From the NCBI GenBank assembly GCA_965235115.1, contig OZ249443.1:7316001-7380000 (forward strand): a stretch of 64,000 nucleotides of DNA, written 5' to 3'. The DNA is from Laetmonice hystrix. Lineage: Eukaryota. The notes under the pieces were generated by a model. The model searched no databases. It saw only the letters and a list, made by a program, of their open reading frames with translations, and was not told the origin of the DNA. Made by a program: the position numbers and the translations under genes. Positions within the stretch are counted from its first letter, which is position 1, and every line of letters starts with the position of its first letter. Positions 22,087-34,962 of the stretch are shown piece after piece.

Positions 22087-25000
22087 TAGAAATCGGAACA
22101 CGCACGTAATATGAGTTTGACTGAACAGGAAAGGAACATTGTACCTTATCTATGTGCGTCGTGTAATTTCAATGAGACCGGAATTTGATTACACGGACCT
22201 ATGGGGAATTCTAAGCCAAATGCTGCAATTCAATGGTTATTACATTATTGGCCGTGGAAACTACATAATACATAAAATCTTACTTACTAACTTACCCGTT
22301 ACTTGATGTATTTTAAACGAATTAAATACCGCGTACCTTTAAATTAACCTAACACCTTTAAAAGGATAGTATTTGTTAGGCTTAGGCTCGTTAAGGATGG
22401 CTTTCCAGTTTCCTACCCCAAGCCGATATGACATGGCACAATTATAAGCTTTTTACTAGATTTTATAATCGTAGCTCCACACCAATCTCTGTTTTAGTAA
22501 AGGGCGTATGTATAGACATCACGGTTCATTGTGGCATATGAAGCCACGACAAAAGACTCTCACGACAATTGACTCAAATAAAAATGACTCCCAGGACATT
22601 ATGTCTCCTATTCTACGCTAGAATTGCGGGAAACCAACATATCCGTTCTCCTTTGTCTTTCCTATCTTCTTAAATTATCGTTTCATCTCTTTCTTCCACT
22701 ATTTCTCATTATTTTCTTTCCACTTCTTTGTTCCCTCTCTTTTTAAAAAAATTCGTCTCATTTTTTACCTGTACGCCTATACTGCATTAAACTGATTTAA
22801 TTTACATTACGTATCCTTTTGAGTTTTCTTTTCTTTATATTATGCAATTTTCTTTTCCTTTCCTCTTACTTCTCTTTTTTAGATTCACCTTACCTTATTT
22901 TCTTTTACCTTACTTAGCAGGCAACTGTCCTTAAAGTCTATTGTCCACGGTGAGGGTGGTTTTTCTATAATCTCAGGAGTCTAGAGCAAGCTCAACTATA
23001 ACTTTTAGGACATGTGGTAAGTCTATACAAGGTCCTTGTAAAGCTTGCCCTTCCGTTAGTGCATCTAGTAAAGGCAGCCAAATACTGCGGCACAATTATC
23101 GCGGAGGTAGGGCCTACATAAATAACAACATGCTTGAGAATGGTTCCTTCCACACAACCTGCTGTTCCCTAATTGCAGGAAATTCGTCCAACGGTAGATG
23201 TGTACCAATCCCTACTCTTCTGTAGAAAAGGAACAACACAAAAAACATGAAGAAATACAGACATAAGACATAAATACACGCATTCTTAAGAGCATCTATA
23301 TTTGTATATGCCTATGAAAACTATATAATGTACGAGAATATATATATTTTAAAAACTATACTATCTTTCTTTACCGCAGCGCTAAAATGTCGTTAAATAA
23401 TCAGATATAATCAGAATGCATCTCCCAAAATAGGCTGGCAACGAGACTGGCGTGACAAGTAAACTGCAGGCTATAACTTTGCCCCTTTTCTTAGTGTCTT
23501 CGTTCGGCCGAGATCCCCAAAGCCGAATTGGGCAAGTTATAAGAAAAAAAAGAGCTGGCAAATAATGAAGGAGGAAACGCAATGATGGTTGAAGGTTGCT
23601 GTATTTAGTACTTCTCGTTGTGGTCAGTCTTCCAGGCTGATGAAACGTATGCTGATTTTCTGTTGAGAGCCGTGTATAAAGTACTATAAAATGTTTCTAG
23701 GCGCGCACCAGTGAGTGGCTGAAAAGGTGGTAACACGTCTGGTGGCTAGTGCGTTTCCGGAGGATCTCTAAAGAATTAAGAGGTGCGCGACCTTTTATAG
23801 GTCTACTAAAGTTGCTGACCAGTAATGGGGTGTGACTTTCCTTTTATTAAACAGTTTGCTGACGCATGCAAGAGGTGTCAATCATTGCTGGTGGACACGT
23901 GAAGAGCGGGTACTGGCTTATTGTGATCACGTGCTGACCACGTACATGTAGTTGCTGAATCAGTCTGAGGGGTAGCAGCACTTGGGACGTTTCGGAAGAT
24001 AACATCTAATTAGTGAACTGCGTAATACTGCTGGGGAAGCTTTTTTAGCATCTTAACAGCTCGGTTGTCCTACAGCTTGGCTCTCGACAGCAACTGTTTC
24101 TATTTACAGTTCATACTCATTATAACTTATGACTACCGACTAAAATAATACTACTGCATGCAATTATATTGAAAACATAGGATCCAATGCTTTATAGAAA
24201 ATGTCACTGTTGATGCTGGTGCAATGTAATGTTCACGGCGTGGGTCGGGAGCAGAAAAACCCTTTTGGTATAAGTCCACTGTTTGTAAGTTCACCTGCTG
24301 CTGGCTCCCTTAAGGTTATATATTGTTACACGATAGATTACATGCGATTAAATAAAGGTAATAAGGTACACCTATATGGTACCCATATATAGGAAAGTAA
24401 AATCCATCTCCGTTACAAGGCGGACGAAATAATTATAACTGTTTATGATACATGTAGGTCTAGATATATGGCTTGTTACAGACGAGTTATACCTTAAAAT
24501 GCCAGGGGCGAATTTAGGCGCATATTTCTATGTAGGTCACTGCATAATTTAACTGAAAAAAGCTTATGGCTTTTTACATGCCTTCATACTTTCTGTTTCT
24601 CTGATAAGATACTCAAGAAGCAGAATACCACAGCGCCTCTATGTGACACTGAGGTGGCTCCGTTGACAACTGCATTGTGTCTGTGCCGCAATATTGTGGG
24701 AATTGCGACCTGGCATGAGTTATTTCCCATTTCCTTGTTTCTTTAATACCAATTCGTCATTATTTCGGTAATTATGTTCGTGACAACAGCCGCATGGCCA
24801 TGTCTCGGCACTGAACTCACGCTGCCGCGTCGCTTTGTCCAGATCTCCACCTCAGTCGTTCATAGGGGGCGCTGCGTTTTGACATCACCAAAAAGAACCT
24901 ACATGTACTTGCACCATTGCTTAGATCTAAATGTTTAGTCTGTTCTCACAGCTAACGTAGACTATATAGCTATACGTTCTCTGGTTCTCCTCACACATTC

Positions 25001-26008
25001 CTGTCATTTTATGACTTATATTAGGAGACGTTCTCTTTTTATTGATTACACCAAGACTTGATGATTAACATTTAACTGAATATCACTTTTTATATATTGT
25101 GCGTATTAAATAGGCCTAAACTTTAGGCAGAGAAGTGCCGTATCTCCACTCTGGGAGGGCACAATGCCTGGTCAACAACCAGCCATGAGCCGTTTACTTC
25201 ATGGCGACAACAAGACTAACTGGAATGTTGCTTTTCATAAGATTTCTCCATTTCTGTGGGTATACATTTATTGATGTAGTATAAGGCCTTATTTAACCTA
25301 ACAGCCCATGCATTGGAGTCATTGAAATAAGAGATAGGCCTACTTGCTGATGGCTTCAAGAAGACAACTGGACCAGAAGGCGGTCCTGACCCTGTTGAAC
25401 CATCCGCTGTATCCATACTTGGCCAAACGTCGTTACTATACGCCTACAGTTTGCGGGTCGGAATCACCAGAACGTTATAAAGAATACAACTTTACAGCCT
25501 TGCCTTGAAGACTCCCCCTCGCAAAAGAAAAACATAATAGCTTACCTTTTCCTAAACACTAGGGATGTGGTATGATTAAGTTCTTCCTAAAATGAAAAAA
25601 AAAATACACACAGATCATTAATATTCAATTCTATTCTATTTACAATGCAGAAAGTATTGAAAATACTCCTACTTCATACATGACTATCTGGTTGTTGGCC
25701 AACATATCACGGGTAAGATATTTATTTAATACCCAGAATTACGTAAAAAGGTCATCGTTTTCTTGTAACTAATGAACAAACCGGGTAAAAGACCATCGTC
25801 TTTTTCCATTCAATGAAAAATATTCGATTTTGTCCACGGATTTAGTATTCTATTACGGGCGCCAAGTATGATCCAAATGTCTTTAAAATGCCGATTTTGA
25901 TTCCGTATCACTTAAAGCTCAGCCGTTTTGAAAAACCTGTAAAATCAGCTTAGTATCACATGCAAAACTCAAATAAATTGAAGTGAGACTAACCATGCAT
26001 GTAAACAG

Positions 26009-26380
26009 CAGTGGGGGATCCAGGATTTTGATAAGGGGGGCCCACGTAAAAAAAAATTAGCCTCGCTACGCTCAGCATGATTTTATTGTGATTATGGCCA
26101 TTTTGGGCCCCTTTTGCTCTATTTCAATGCTGCATGGCCCGGAGTTATGTTGCTCCTGGATAACTGAGGAGGCCCTTTTGGGCCCTAGGTTACTATGATG
26201 TACAATATAAGACGCTTTTTAAAAAAGAATTTTGTTGGAATCCTGGTTTTAGGGTCAGAATAATGCATCTTCTTATAAAAGGGGGAAAGGAAAATTTAAG
26301 GGGGGCCGGACCTCTTTGGCTGACTCCGTGGCGATCTAACGATGTATCTTTGAACCGCTTCGCCATTCTGGATAGCCGTC
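26009..26380. mobile_element. Degenerate CAG-TIR MITE family member
   Basis: cagtgggggatccagg left end; decayed right end ctggatagccgtc; no clean TSD. Confidence 0.45.
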
Positions 26381-27002
26381 TAGAAGAACAGGGGAATTCC
26401 CTTATAAATGCGCGCGCAGATGATCTACATCCGCTATCCTTTTGAGCTTTTGAGCTGATTCTGTTGGATAGGCCTACATCGACTTTCGTCGCTTAATAAA
26501 AGCCTGTTTCCTCGGCGGAATATTTGCGCAAGCGTATAATGTTCATATGGTGGAGAGATAGCCCTCCGCAAAGTTAGCATGGGATTTCCTAGCGACGTGG
26601 GACTATTATGGGATGTTGTTCGACGTCATTTGCAGCGCCACTTTCGGAGAGAGGAGACAAATTCAAACGCCTGCTATTATCATGTTATACCTTCGGCCCA
26701 AATCCTATTTAACAAAGATCATCAAGACTTAGAGAGGCCCTGCGCGTTCGCATCACGGCTTCGGCGCTCGAGGGTGCATGCCCATCCCTTCGTTCCGTGC
26801 TGAATCCGCGCCTAAAATGTGCCCTCCCACTTTTTGTCACGTTCCTCCGCCGTTGGAAGATAACAAAAAATAGCCTTTAGTATGCCATGTGATAAGAACA
26901 TGTATTGCACTCTGAGCGTCGTGCCAAGCACAATGTAAAACATATTAGGCCGATTTAGGGATTTGTTGAAACAGTTTTTTTCGGCTCTTTTGATCAATGC
27001 TT

Positions 27003-28026
27003 TGTTACAACCGCTAATGTAATAACGCCCACTATTGTAATAACTGGGGTGATAGGGGGTACCAGGGAAGTACCACCAGAGTACCGGACAGGACCAGGGG
27101 AGCATTTTTGGGGTACCCTCTGAGTACCCTCTGGGTACCCCCTGGGTACCCAGAGGGTACCAACCGGGGGGGTACCAGGGAAATACTACTGGAGTACCGG
27201 ACAGGACCAGGTGAGCATTTTGGGGGTACCCCCTGAGTACCATGTGGTACTTCCCTGGTACCCACCTAGCACCCCAGTTATTACAATAGCGGTTGCGTTC
27301 GCCAGAATTCGCAACCGCTATTGTAATAAAACTTTGTTCAAGGGCTACCGACCAGATCTATACCTGAGGGTACCCAGGGGGTACCCAGATGGTACTCAGG
27401 GGGTACCCCCAAAATGCTCACCTGGTCCTGTCCGGTACTCTGGTGGTACTTCCCTGGTACCCACCTAGCACCCCAGTTATTACAATAGCGGTTGCGTTCG
27501 CCAGAATTCGCAACCGCTATTGTAATAAAACTTTGTTCAAGGGCTACCGACCAGATCGGTACCTGAAGGTACCCAGGGGGTACCCAGATGGTACTCAGGG
27601 GGTACCCCCAAAATGCTCACCTGGTCCTGTCCGGTACTCTGGTGGTACTTCCCTGGTACCCTCTAGCACCCCAGTTATTACAATAGCGGTTGCGTTCGCC
27701 AGAATTCGCAACCGCTATTGTAATAAAACTTTGTTCAAGGGCTACCGACCAGATCGGTACCTGACGGTACCCAGGGGGTACCCAGATGGTACTCAGGGGG
27801 TACCCCCAAAATGCTCACCTGGTCCTGTCCGGTACTCCAGTAGTATTTCCCTGGTACCCCCCGGTTGGTACCCTCTGGGTACCCAGGGGGTACCCAGAGG
27901 GTACTCAGAGGGTACCCCAAAAATGCTCCCCTGGTCCTGTCCGGTACTCTGGTGGTACTTCCCTGGTACCCCCCTAGCACCCCAGTTATTACAATAGTGG
28001 GCGTTATTACATTAGCGGTTGTAACA
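27003..28026. mobile_element. 1,024-bp non-autonomous TIR element with TG..CA ends, 6-bp TSD and internal 199-bp tandem units
   Basis: About 240-bp near-perfect TIRs starting TGTTACA and ending TGTAACA; ATGCTT on both flanks (26997-27002, 28027-28032); three units starting at about 27272, 27471 and 27669. Confidence 0.88.
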
Positions 28027-28099
28027 ATGCTTACTTCGATAAACATTAAAACTGAGTAGGCCTATAGAATATGCATTGAATGCACAGCCGATCAGCCAA

Positions 28100-28260
28100 G
28101 CCGGACGTGAGAAGGTTTGTCGGTTACCTGCTGTAAGTTCGGTGGTTTCCCCCGGGACAGTCCGGTTTCCTTCATCAGTAAACTGGTCACCTTGATATCA
28201 TTATAATATTATGACCATGGTTGTTGCAAAGGCGTAGCCTAACCACCCCCACCCCCATTT
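28100..28260 (+). mobile_element. Degenerate, 5'-truncated copy of the SINE at 34625
   Basis: gaaggtttgtc...cggtggtttcccccgggacagtccggtttcctt...atgaccatggttgttgcaaaggcgta aligns to the SINE body and 3' end. Confidence 0.75.
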
Positions 28261-29321
28261 CAAATCCCAATCGCCACGAAATGCACCAAGTCGGAGGGAA
28301 ACGCTATTTTTGGTAGGTCTACCTTTCAATGATTTCAGGTCGTGACGGATAGACAGCTTCAAATAAAATCTTGTTAGAAGATGAATCCGGTAATGGAAAG
28401 CGTGGAAGTAAAAATAAACTCTTTTGTTGGAGTGCGTATTATGTTGACGGGGTTATCTGATGCCGACTGATTTAGCTTGTCAACGTTAGATCTAAATGCC
28501 TTGGGCTCTTGACAATTTTAAAATATGTTAACTACCCATCTTGTATAATCATTTTCGTATGCCCGTTTTGTAATAACAAAACATAATGACAAAATGGGGG
28601 TCAGCAAAGTCTAAATAGTTGTAACTCTTGGGATCATGGGATTCGAGCATAACGGCACGCTAATGGATTAATACGTTGACCCTCGGATTAATCTCATCAC
28701 TCTCACTATTGTTGTCGGATAAAAAACCCATATCCAGCTTTCTCCTTTTCCCATGAAAGTGAAAGCTCCATGGTTGGCTTGCCCCATGATTGATATGATA
28801 CGTAAAAACAGCAGTCATGCACTGCCATCCAACATCCGCGGAACTTCACGCCTGAGGCTCAAACAATAATAATTTTGAAGCTCCCTCAACACAGTCACCA
28901 AGGACAAGGAAAGTCGATTAATTTTTACGTGAAGGTTACTACTGTCGTCACGTAGTCCTCCTCTCAGTCCTTAACAATAATTGCTAAATCTTGTAGAAAT
29001 TAAAACGGTCGTATCTCGGATGGACATGGGTTCCAGAAGTTTCAGCAAATTATGTCAAAGTGCTTACCTTAATTACATCGGTCTGATCAGCGCCAGATGT
29101 GGCTATGGTGGTCCCGTCTGAATTAGTCGTATTCATTTCTACAAAGAACAGATGAATCACAGTCTGTAGGTTAATTATGTAAACCGCGAACTTTTCGCGG
29201 CGAGAAATTGTTGCGGAATTCACGCACGCAAAAATGTCACGGTTTGTAAAAGTATTAATAATGGTCTCCGGCAAGACAAACGCAGGTTGTTCGGTCTAAA
29301 CGCGGGGATGGGCCAATTAGT

Positions 29322-29886
29322 GCCGTTGTCACATCGAAAACTGACCCCCGTGGTAAATTGACCCCCGGGTCACTTTTCCACAGTGGAAAAGTGACCCTCC
29401 CTGTGGTAATCTGACCATCAAGGAAAAGTTAAGACATTTCTTGTTCTGTTTATTTTTTATATTTATGGAAAGGATACAAAAGGATGTTTTTGTTCACATG
29501 TCGTACTCAATTTGTCAATCTGCGCAATTTGCAAATAGTGTTAATTCAAATAGACCTAACCCTAAACTTACCTTAACCCTAACCGAGGGGCGTACAGGTA
29601 GCACCCGTATCTGCTGGTTTGCCCTTTTAAACTTGCGCAAGTCGCGAAAGTGAGTACTGCTGAACAGGTGTCAAAACTGTTGAAAAATACTAAGAAGCAG
29701 GAAAATGACGATAGATTCCAATGTAAAGACGTTATGCCTAATATCTATGTTATTCAACCTGGGTCATTTTTCTACAGGGAGGTCACTTTTCCACTGTGGT
29801 AAAGTGACCCGGGGGTCGATTTACCACGTGGTAAATTGACCCCCGGGTCACTTTACCACGGGGTCACTTTACCACATCACACCGTT
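29322..29886. mobile_element. MITE with arrays of ggtaaattgacccc/gggtcactttacc subrepeats and a central cctaaccct tract
   Basis: Inverted subterminal arrays at 29340-29420 and 29760-29880; right end reads cggtgtga on the minus strand, as in the 33301 element. Confidence 0.65.
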
Positions 29887-30861
29887 CCACGGATCACAAA
29901 CCGTAACCAGATTTTGAGCGGTCACCCACAGCTTACTAAAGGACCTGTACGTTCCTACGCGTAGAAACACTATCCACAACTGAATAAAAACATCCATGGC
30001 TGATTAATGAAAAATGAATACAAGATTGAAAAACGGATCTGACTTTTCTGTGCTTGTATAACAGCTAGCCTATAGGTTAAAGTCATTTCCTGGGAAACGG
30101 AAACCCTGAACAGGTTAAACATGCCGTGAAAATTTGAGATTGAAAGCATGCAACCGGGCTGTGAATATGCCACAGACATATACAGACCTCCAAAAGAAAA
30201 AAAGAACATCGGCCTGCCAAATGGTTTATAGCCTATAATGTATACCGATGCGTGTATGGTTTTTCTGTGCAGTCGCCGGGCAACCACCTTTAACGAGGTT
30301 AGAGTCACTCGGTTGAGACTTGCATCTGTTCATCTCCTTGACACGTGACATCAACAGTTTAGATACCTACCACATCTTTCTAACCTCATCCAACCTGCTT
30401 TAATTCTGATTAAGACGTTAATGGTGGTGCTACATAAACCTAAAGAGCTCTTATTATACAAAGGTCATTTTAAAACATTGAATTCTGATCCGATGACACC
30501 GCATCCCTCTCCAACAATTGTATCATCCATTTAAAGCACTTTTCATATCTATTGATTGCAGGGTTTTGAATGAAGTTAAAAGTAAAAACTCTAATATACT
30601 TCAGAGAGCTCTTACATTTACCTCCGATGGTTTGTGCGTTCCAATTGCGCACATGTCTCTCTATGAAGGTCATGGACAAAGTGTAAGATCTTATCATGTG
30701 TATAGGCCTATAATATATAGAGCATCGAATGTGGCAGGACACGGCTTCTTTCCATATGAAATGAATCGAGTTATGCCACCCCACCCCCCACTCATTTTGG
30801 CCAAGCTGGTGCATGTGAGAAACCTCTGGCCCCGGTTTCAAGAAACTGATTTGGGTGGTCA

Positions 30862-30962
30862 AATTTGACTACCGGAGTCAAAACCGGGATCAAATATGGA
30901 TTGGAGTAATTCGATTGGTCAAATCCATATTTGACCAAGGTTTTGACTAGGGTAGTCAAATT
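30862..30962. repeat. Imperfect hairpin with a stem of about 41 bp
   Basis: aatttgactacc..gtcaaaacc..tcaaatatggatt paired with aatccatatttga..ggttttgact..ggtagtcaaatt. Confidence 0.7.
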
Positions 30963-33300
30963 TATTGCCGCAAAAACTTTTTTTTATCTCCTTTAAACCT
31001 TTCAATTCTACCACGCATGGTGTAATCTAGAGGATGGAGCACTAAACCCTTGTATATATAGATACCCTACCTTTTCGTCAAGAAAAGCGTGGCCCATGCA
31101 CTCTAGAGTATTGTCCAGCTTCTGGCGTGAAGAGGAAGAAACCGAAAGCCTGAGTGCCCATACACATGTACCGACTGCATACCGTTCGGTTCGTGAAGCT
31201 TTAGACTGCACCGCCCGCCTGGGAGCTGATACCCAATCAAAGCGTTAACATCTTCATTATGTAGAGTCACTGGATAGGATCATGTCCGCAGTCTCGCTCC
31301 ACGTGGCACACCTTCGCATTCTTCAGGCCTATACCTAAACCTAAAGGTCTAGATCTATAGCTGGGCCGCCGATAGCTGGAATCAAAACTTAGTCCCAGGT
31401 CGGATTACATATAGCCTACCAAAAAAAAAACCCACAAAAAACAAACCAACCTCTATAGTATTACCGAGAACTTCTAAAGAGGGCATGTTGCAATACTTTT
31501 GTACAGTGAGTGTAGGCTACATGTAGACAGAGTATCCGTCTCTGTACTACCGTATACAGAGACGAACGCCACTGAGTGCAAGTTCGGTCAAATCATTCAA
31601 CCACCATGAAAACCCCTCCCCTGCCCATATATCTGGACTGAATATTAATAAACACGCTTAAAGTAACTTATCTCACTTATTTCCAAGTTAGGAAAGCACG
31701 ACGAGACATAATAAGGGCAGCACAAAGTCTGGAATCGACGAATTTCGCTCTCTGCCTATCGCGGCCATTTGCCCGATGACTGCCCGATGATGATGCATGG
31801 TCGGTGAAAAGTCTGACACTGTCAGACTTTTCTCGGACTCCCCGACCCTCCGATATGCTCAAACCATCATTATTACACGGCACGACATTGTGCTCACACG
31901 GCCCGATATTTGGTCCGATCTGTCCCCGATGTCAGGCGGTCGGAGCATCGGAGGGAAATATCGTGCCGTGTGACACCGGCTTAAGTAAATGCAACAGTCT
32001 GCACTGACACTGCCCGCGATCTCAGTGCCCGGTCGTAGTGGGGGCCCAGCGGGGCTGAGCTCCGTCAACATCACACCTCCGAGCGGAGTTACGAATTGAA
32101 TGCAGGCGGCCAAACCCCACGGTGGCCCAAATCCGTGTCCACCCTGATATATCCTACACCCTGATGTCGGTAGGCTTAATTCCTAGCGACTCCTCATCAT
32201 CATTGTCGATGGTTTCCATCTATATATGTTCTAACAAATATGGCTCATGTAAGCTGTCAACGTTTGCTACCTTTCGAATCGATCAACGCATCATGTGTGT
32301 CAGTTTTTAGTTCCTCCCAAACAGGAGAGCAGTCGTGCTGTGATTGGTTTAGCCCGATGATGCTAAATTAGCAGGCGCTATGGCGGTATCCACCTGCTGA
32401 GCAGGCTCCGGCACTAAAGTGCTTATATCTTAACTATCTGAGCACCAATTGTGTTCAAATCTTTTTTAACTTGCTTAGAATTTCACGGCCCGTGTGCCTG
32501 GCCTGTACAAACTGGTAAAATACTTTTCTTTTAATACGTGGTAGACTTATTGAATATAGGTATGCCAAATAGGCTACACACCTAGGCCTACTCAAAAAGT
32601 ACATTGTTTTCTTAGTGATTACCAATGTCAGGTATGTAGTAATTTCCAGTTCTTCCAGGATTACCAGACCAGTGCAGCAAGCGGCATCATTAATAAAGGG
32701 GGCGGTGCACCCCCCCCCCCCCCCATTTTGGGTCAAAGTGTGTGAAAGTTTCAAGACACCTCCCATAATAGGCTTTTCAACCCTTGCATCATGCAGGTAT
32801 TCCAGTAGTTATTGAAGTTCTCAAAGATATACGTGCAGTGGGACCATATTAAAAACCAAAGCAATTGACCTCGCCTGACACCTAGATCTATTGGCGCCTA
32901 CAACCTGCTCGGGACTAAAGGCAGTATCCAGTAGCCGGCCGGCGTTACACCATTGGAGTTTGTGGAGGCCAGGGTAAACAAAAATTGGACAACATATTGC
33001 TGTATATTTGTAGGGGGAAGGGGTTATTGGTGCGGGGGGGGGGTGTTACAGTGGACGGATACAAGACTGTTAGTTAGGACCTAAAAGGCCTAAAAAAACA
33101 TCTTTGGCACCCAGGGGGTTACAGACTCCCCCCCCCCCCCCAGCACGGCCCCGCTTGTACCTACAAGTTCCGCCACCGTATATTTGAATATAAAGCGATG
33201 TATAGAAATTATTGGCATCACCTTTCTGACGCGACTGCTTTCTTTAGCCGGGGTTTGTTCCGCTCTGTACGCCACAGTGGACGCACGTTAAACTCCACCG

Positions 33301-33730
33301 GCCGGTGTGACATCGAGATTGGACCTCCCCTTGATCATGGACCCGGGATCCAATTTCAATAGGGGAAATTGCATCCGGGGGTCCATTTTCAGTAATTGAA
33401 AATGGACCCCCCTCTATGGGAAAAGGGCCCGCTTCTTTTGTGGTATATTTTACACATTAGGACTTACAAATCTAGCAACATTGTAAAACCAAGAATTTGT
33501 GTTAGTTTTCGTGAAGGAAAGGTTAAATACTAATATCAGAGAAAGAAAAATGCTGGTTGGAAACCCCATTTAAACTGTGACAATGTGACCATCATGGCAT
33601 CTTTCTTCCATTTCACTTACAAGATATCAGCACTTTAGCCCGAGGAGGTAATATGAACAGGTGATGGTGGTGATAGATAATGGACCCCGGCTCCATTCTC
33701 AATGGGGTCTAAAATCAATCTCACACCGGC
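33301..33730. mobile_element. MITE with gccggtgtga termini and aatggacccc subrepeats
   Basis: gccggtgtga...tcacaccggc, with inverted subterminal repeats. Confidence 0.65.
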
Positions 33731-34624
33731 GATGACCGGAGTGTCCGTGAACTCAATTTACCCACTGGTTAATGTACTGTAACAAGTCATTCTCATTATG
33801 ATCATTATAGATAATAATACCGTCTAGGGAACAACTAATACTGGTCTATAGCATGCCCGTTACCACCACCCCCTCCCGTGGCAAGCAGCCATTTCGGCGT
33901 TATAGCACACTGCCGGCTTTCGTCATGCTTCCTCAGATCGCAGTATCATACTTGGATATAACTGTGACAAGTTTAGAACTAATACATAGTGTAGATGCCA
34001 CCAAGCACATCGGCTTTGACCTTATCTACGTCTATGATCACGCTTGACATGTAACTCTTTTTAACTCCCCAAACAGTACGCTGTAAACCAATGAAAAGTT
34101 GAAGATTTTCTATCCCAGAAGAAACTGTAATTAATTCCTTGTTCCAACTTTTGATATTGCCAAAGCAGAAATGTAAGACAATCAATGTAAGTTTATGGTA
34201 CTTTTTAAATATCTAGGTGCTTAATTGTGTTAGGTAAGCCATTTGGTAATTTGCAATATATTTTCGTAATGCGTAAACTATTATATGAAATCATGTTTAA
34301 TATTCCGTCGAAAAAGGTCACCGGTTATTGAATAAAAATAAATGCTATAGCTCAAAATAATGTATAGACCTGTATCGAGGCCTATCCTACAATATTATAG
34401 GATTGTATAAAACAAGTTTAAGGTTATAAAATCTACCCTCGCGTATAAAGGTATACCGCAACGCTATTTATAGGCCAGCGTTACACTACGCTTAAATGAG
34501 ATGACATTGAAAGCTGGTTAGCTTTTATGGAAAGCAAGTTGGAGGTCACACTCGCAATTTTTGCAATTTTCACCTTGAACTAGTTTAACGCAATCAGACA
34601 GTAGCTCTCATTTCAATGACTCCA

Positions 34625-34892
34625 GGGGGGCCTCGGGTGGCCGAATGGTCTAAGGTGTTGGCTCATGACGCCTAGGACCATCGCCTCACACCGCTGCGAT
34701 CCGGGTTCGATCCCCGGCCTGGGCTGCATGTGTGAAAGGTTTGTCAGTCAGTTCCTTCCCGATGGTCGGTGGTTTCCTCCGGATACTCCGGTTTCCTCCA
34801 CCAAGAAAAACTGACTTTCATCATCATCTTCACCGCCGTGATATGACCCTGGCTGTTGCAAGGCGTAAAACCCCAAATACCCCCCCCCCCCC
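34625..34892 (+). mobile_element. Intact tRNA-derived SINE (268 bp) with a V-domain-like core and poly(C) tail
   Basis: A-box tggccgaatggt, B-box ggttcgatccc, core ggtttcctccggatactccggtttcctcc; perfect 12-bp TSD tcaatgactcca (34613-34624, 34893-34904). Confidence 0.9.
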
Positions 34893-34962
34893 TCAATGAC
34901 TCCAAAATGCAGACATGGGCTGTTGGGTTAGATAAGGCCTTAGACTACATAAATTAAAAATA

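Noticed and set aside
25216-25450. Possible minus-strand exon with acceptor- and donor-like ends
   Set aside because: No recognisable protein in any frame and no partner exons
27389-27997. 202-aa ORF and overlapping ORFs in the 27-28 kb element
   Set aside because: Translations of the 199-bp tandem unit and TIRs; repetitive, with no domain similarity
34625-34720. Possible tRNA gene
   Set aside because: Has A and B boxes but no clean cloverleaf; continues into a SINE body and is flanked by a 12-bp TSD
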